Assembly: GCA_963749655.1 (NCBI GenBank)
Contig: CAVVOB010000028.1
Span: 96,001 to 160,000 of the forward strand
DNA: 64,000 nt
From: Nitrospirota bacterium
GTDB taxonomy: Bacteria; Nitrospirota; UBA9217
Reading direction: 5' to 3'
Shown here: in pieces, positions 63,353 to 64,000 of the stretch
How positions within the stretch are numbered: position 1 is the first letter of the stretch
How the letters are laid out: each line of letters opens with the position of its first letter
Program-made: the position numbers and the translations under genes
The notes under the pieces: generated by a model
What the model was told of the DNA's origin: nothing
Databases searched by the model: none
What the model saw: the letters and a program-made list of their open reading frames with translations, nothing else

Positions 63353-63495
63353 CCTCATAACCCCCACCTTGACGAATTGATACAGTGAAGAACGAATACC
63401 TGCAGGACTCGTGCGCGCAATCGAATATTCCCAATCCAAAAATCGTATCTTTCAGTATGTTATGCGGCAAAACGATTCCCGATAAGACGGCGCTT

Positions 63496-64000
63496 TCAAT
63501 ACAGCTTCCGGCAAGATATCCCCGCTTTTTCAAAAGACGCACGCAGCTCCTCTCCCTTGTCCTGCAGAAAATCCTCGCCCCTCGCCTGCTCCATGCCGTA
63601 TTTTTTATATGCCCAGTCTGCATAGTGGTAATTGTACCGGTCTATCAGGACATGATCCACTTTGCCTTTTAAGAGATCAACGAGCCCCTCGGCATGAGGA
63701 AGCAGAGGCGCGATCATGACGAATGTCGATATGCCCTCGTCATGAAGGACCTTCAAAGCCTCGACCCGCTCGGCTATTGCAGGAGCGCCGGGCTCGAAGA
63801 TCTTCCGCACCTTCTCATCAGCTGTCGTGATGGTGAACCCAACCTCAACGTCCGCTGCTTTCTTCAGGAGGTCGATATCGCGCAGCACGAGGGGGGACTT
63901 TGTCTGGATCGTGACCGGCCATTTATTTTCAACGAGGATTGTGAGGCATTTTCGGGTCAGCTCGTATTTCTTTTCGAGATATTGGTAAGCATCGCAGACC
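63496..64000 (-). CDS. Radical SAM protein, spore photoproduct lyase-like family (5' end outside the window)
   Basis: DAYQYLEKKYELTRKCL, TKSPLVLRDIDLL, VGFTITT and FEPGA. Confidence 0.85.
   Translation of the reverse strand, partial: VCDAYQYLEKKYELTRKCLTILVENKWPVTIQTKSPLVLRDIDLLKKAADVEVGFTITTADEKVRKIFEPGAPAIAERVEALKVLHDEGISTFVMIAPLLPHAEGLVDLLKGKVDHVLIDRYNYHYADWAYKKYGMEQARGEDFLQDKGEELRASFEKAGISCRKLY

Overview
A 64-kb, GC-rich bacterial chromosomal window. Gene style suggests an anaerobic Nitrospirota/Desulfobacterota-like organism, which is an inference. About ten genes are split by 1-nt shifts, most likely long-read indel errors. Left to right: (1) a minus-strand operon of TPR/outer-membrane beta-barrel, FecR-domain protein, SBBP-repeat lipoprotein and CHASE2 class III adenylate cyclase; (2) a collapsed flagellar relic (flgE fragment, intact flgM with a sigma28 promoter, flgN and flgL scraps); (3) a histidine kinase and a REC-PAS-GGDEF-EAL gene under a c-di-GMP-I (GEMM-I) riboswitch; (4) a GH13 amylase and a ferredoxin-like protein; (5) two TMTC-like GT-C/TPR genes around a B12 radical SAM enzyme and a GT2-GtrA fusion; (6) a Tat-exported FAH, an HTH regulator and a TetR-flavodoxin-nitroreductase unit; (7) an accessory zone (about 31-53 kb) of secreted and membrane genes, including an M64 peptidase pair, a RAYT-like HUH transposase bounded by 27-bp inverted repeats, and a roughly 2720-aa dockerin-tipped adhesin followed by a cohesin-like lipoprotein; (8) small stress genes, a DUF5666-cytochrome b-OmpR/HK unit and a partial radical SAM gene. 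The main non-obvious signals are four promoters sharing a TACCC-N6-TACCC box at an identical distance from the -35, the inverted-repeat-bounded Y1 transposase whose end motif recurs at cargo-gene boundaries, a cohesin-dockerin-like surface display pair, and a promoter-driven 165-nt rod-like RNA. No rRNA, tRNA or CRISPR array was seen. All assignments are by eye from motifs; no database searches were run.
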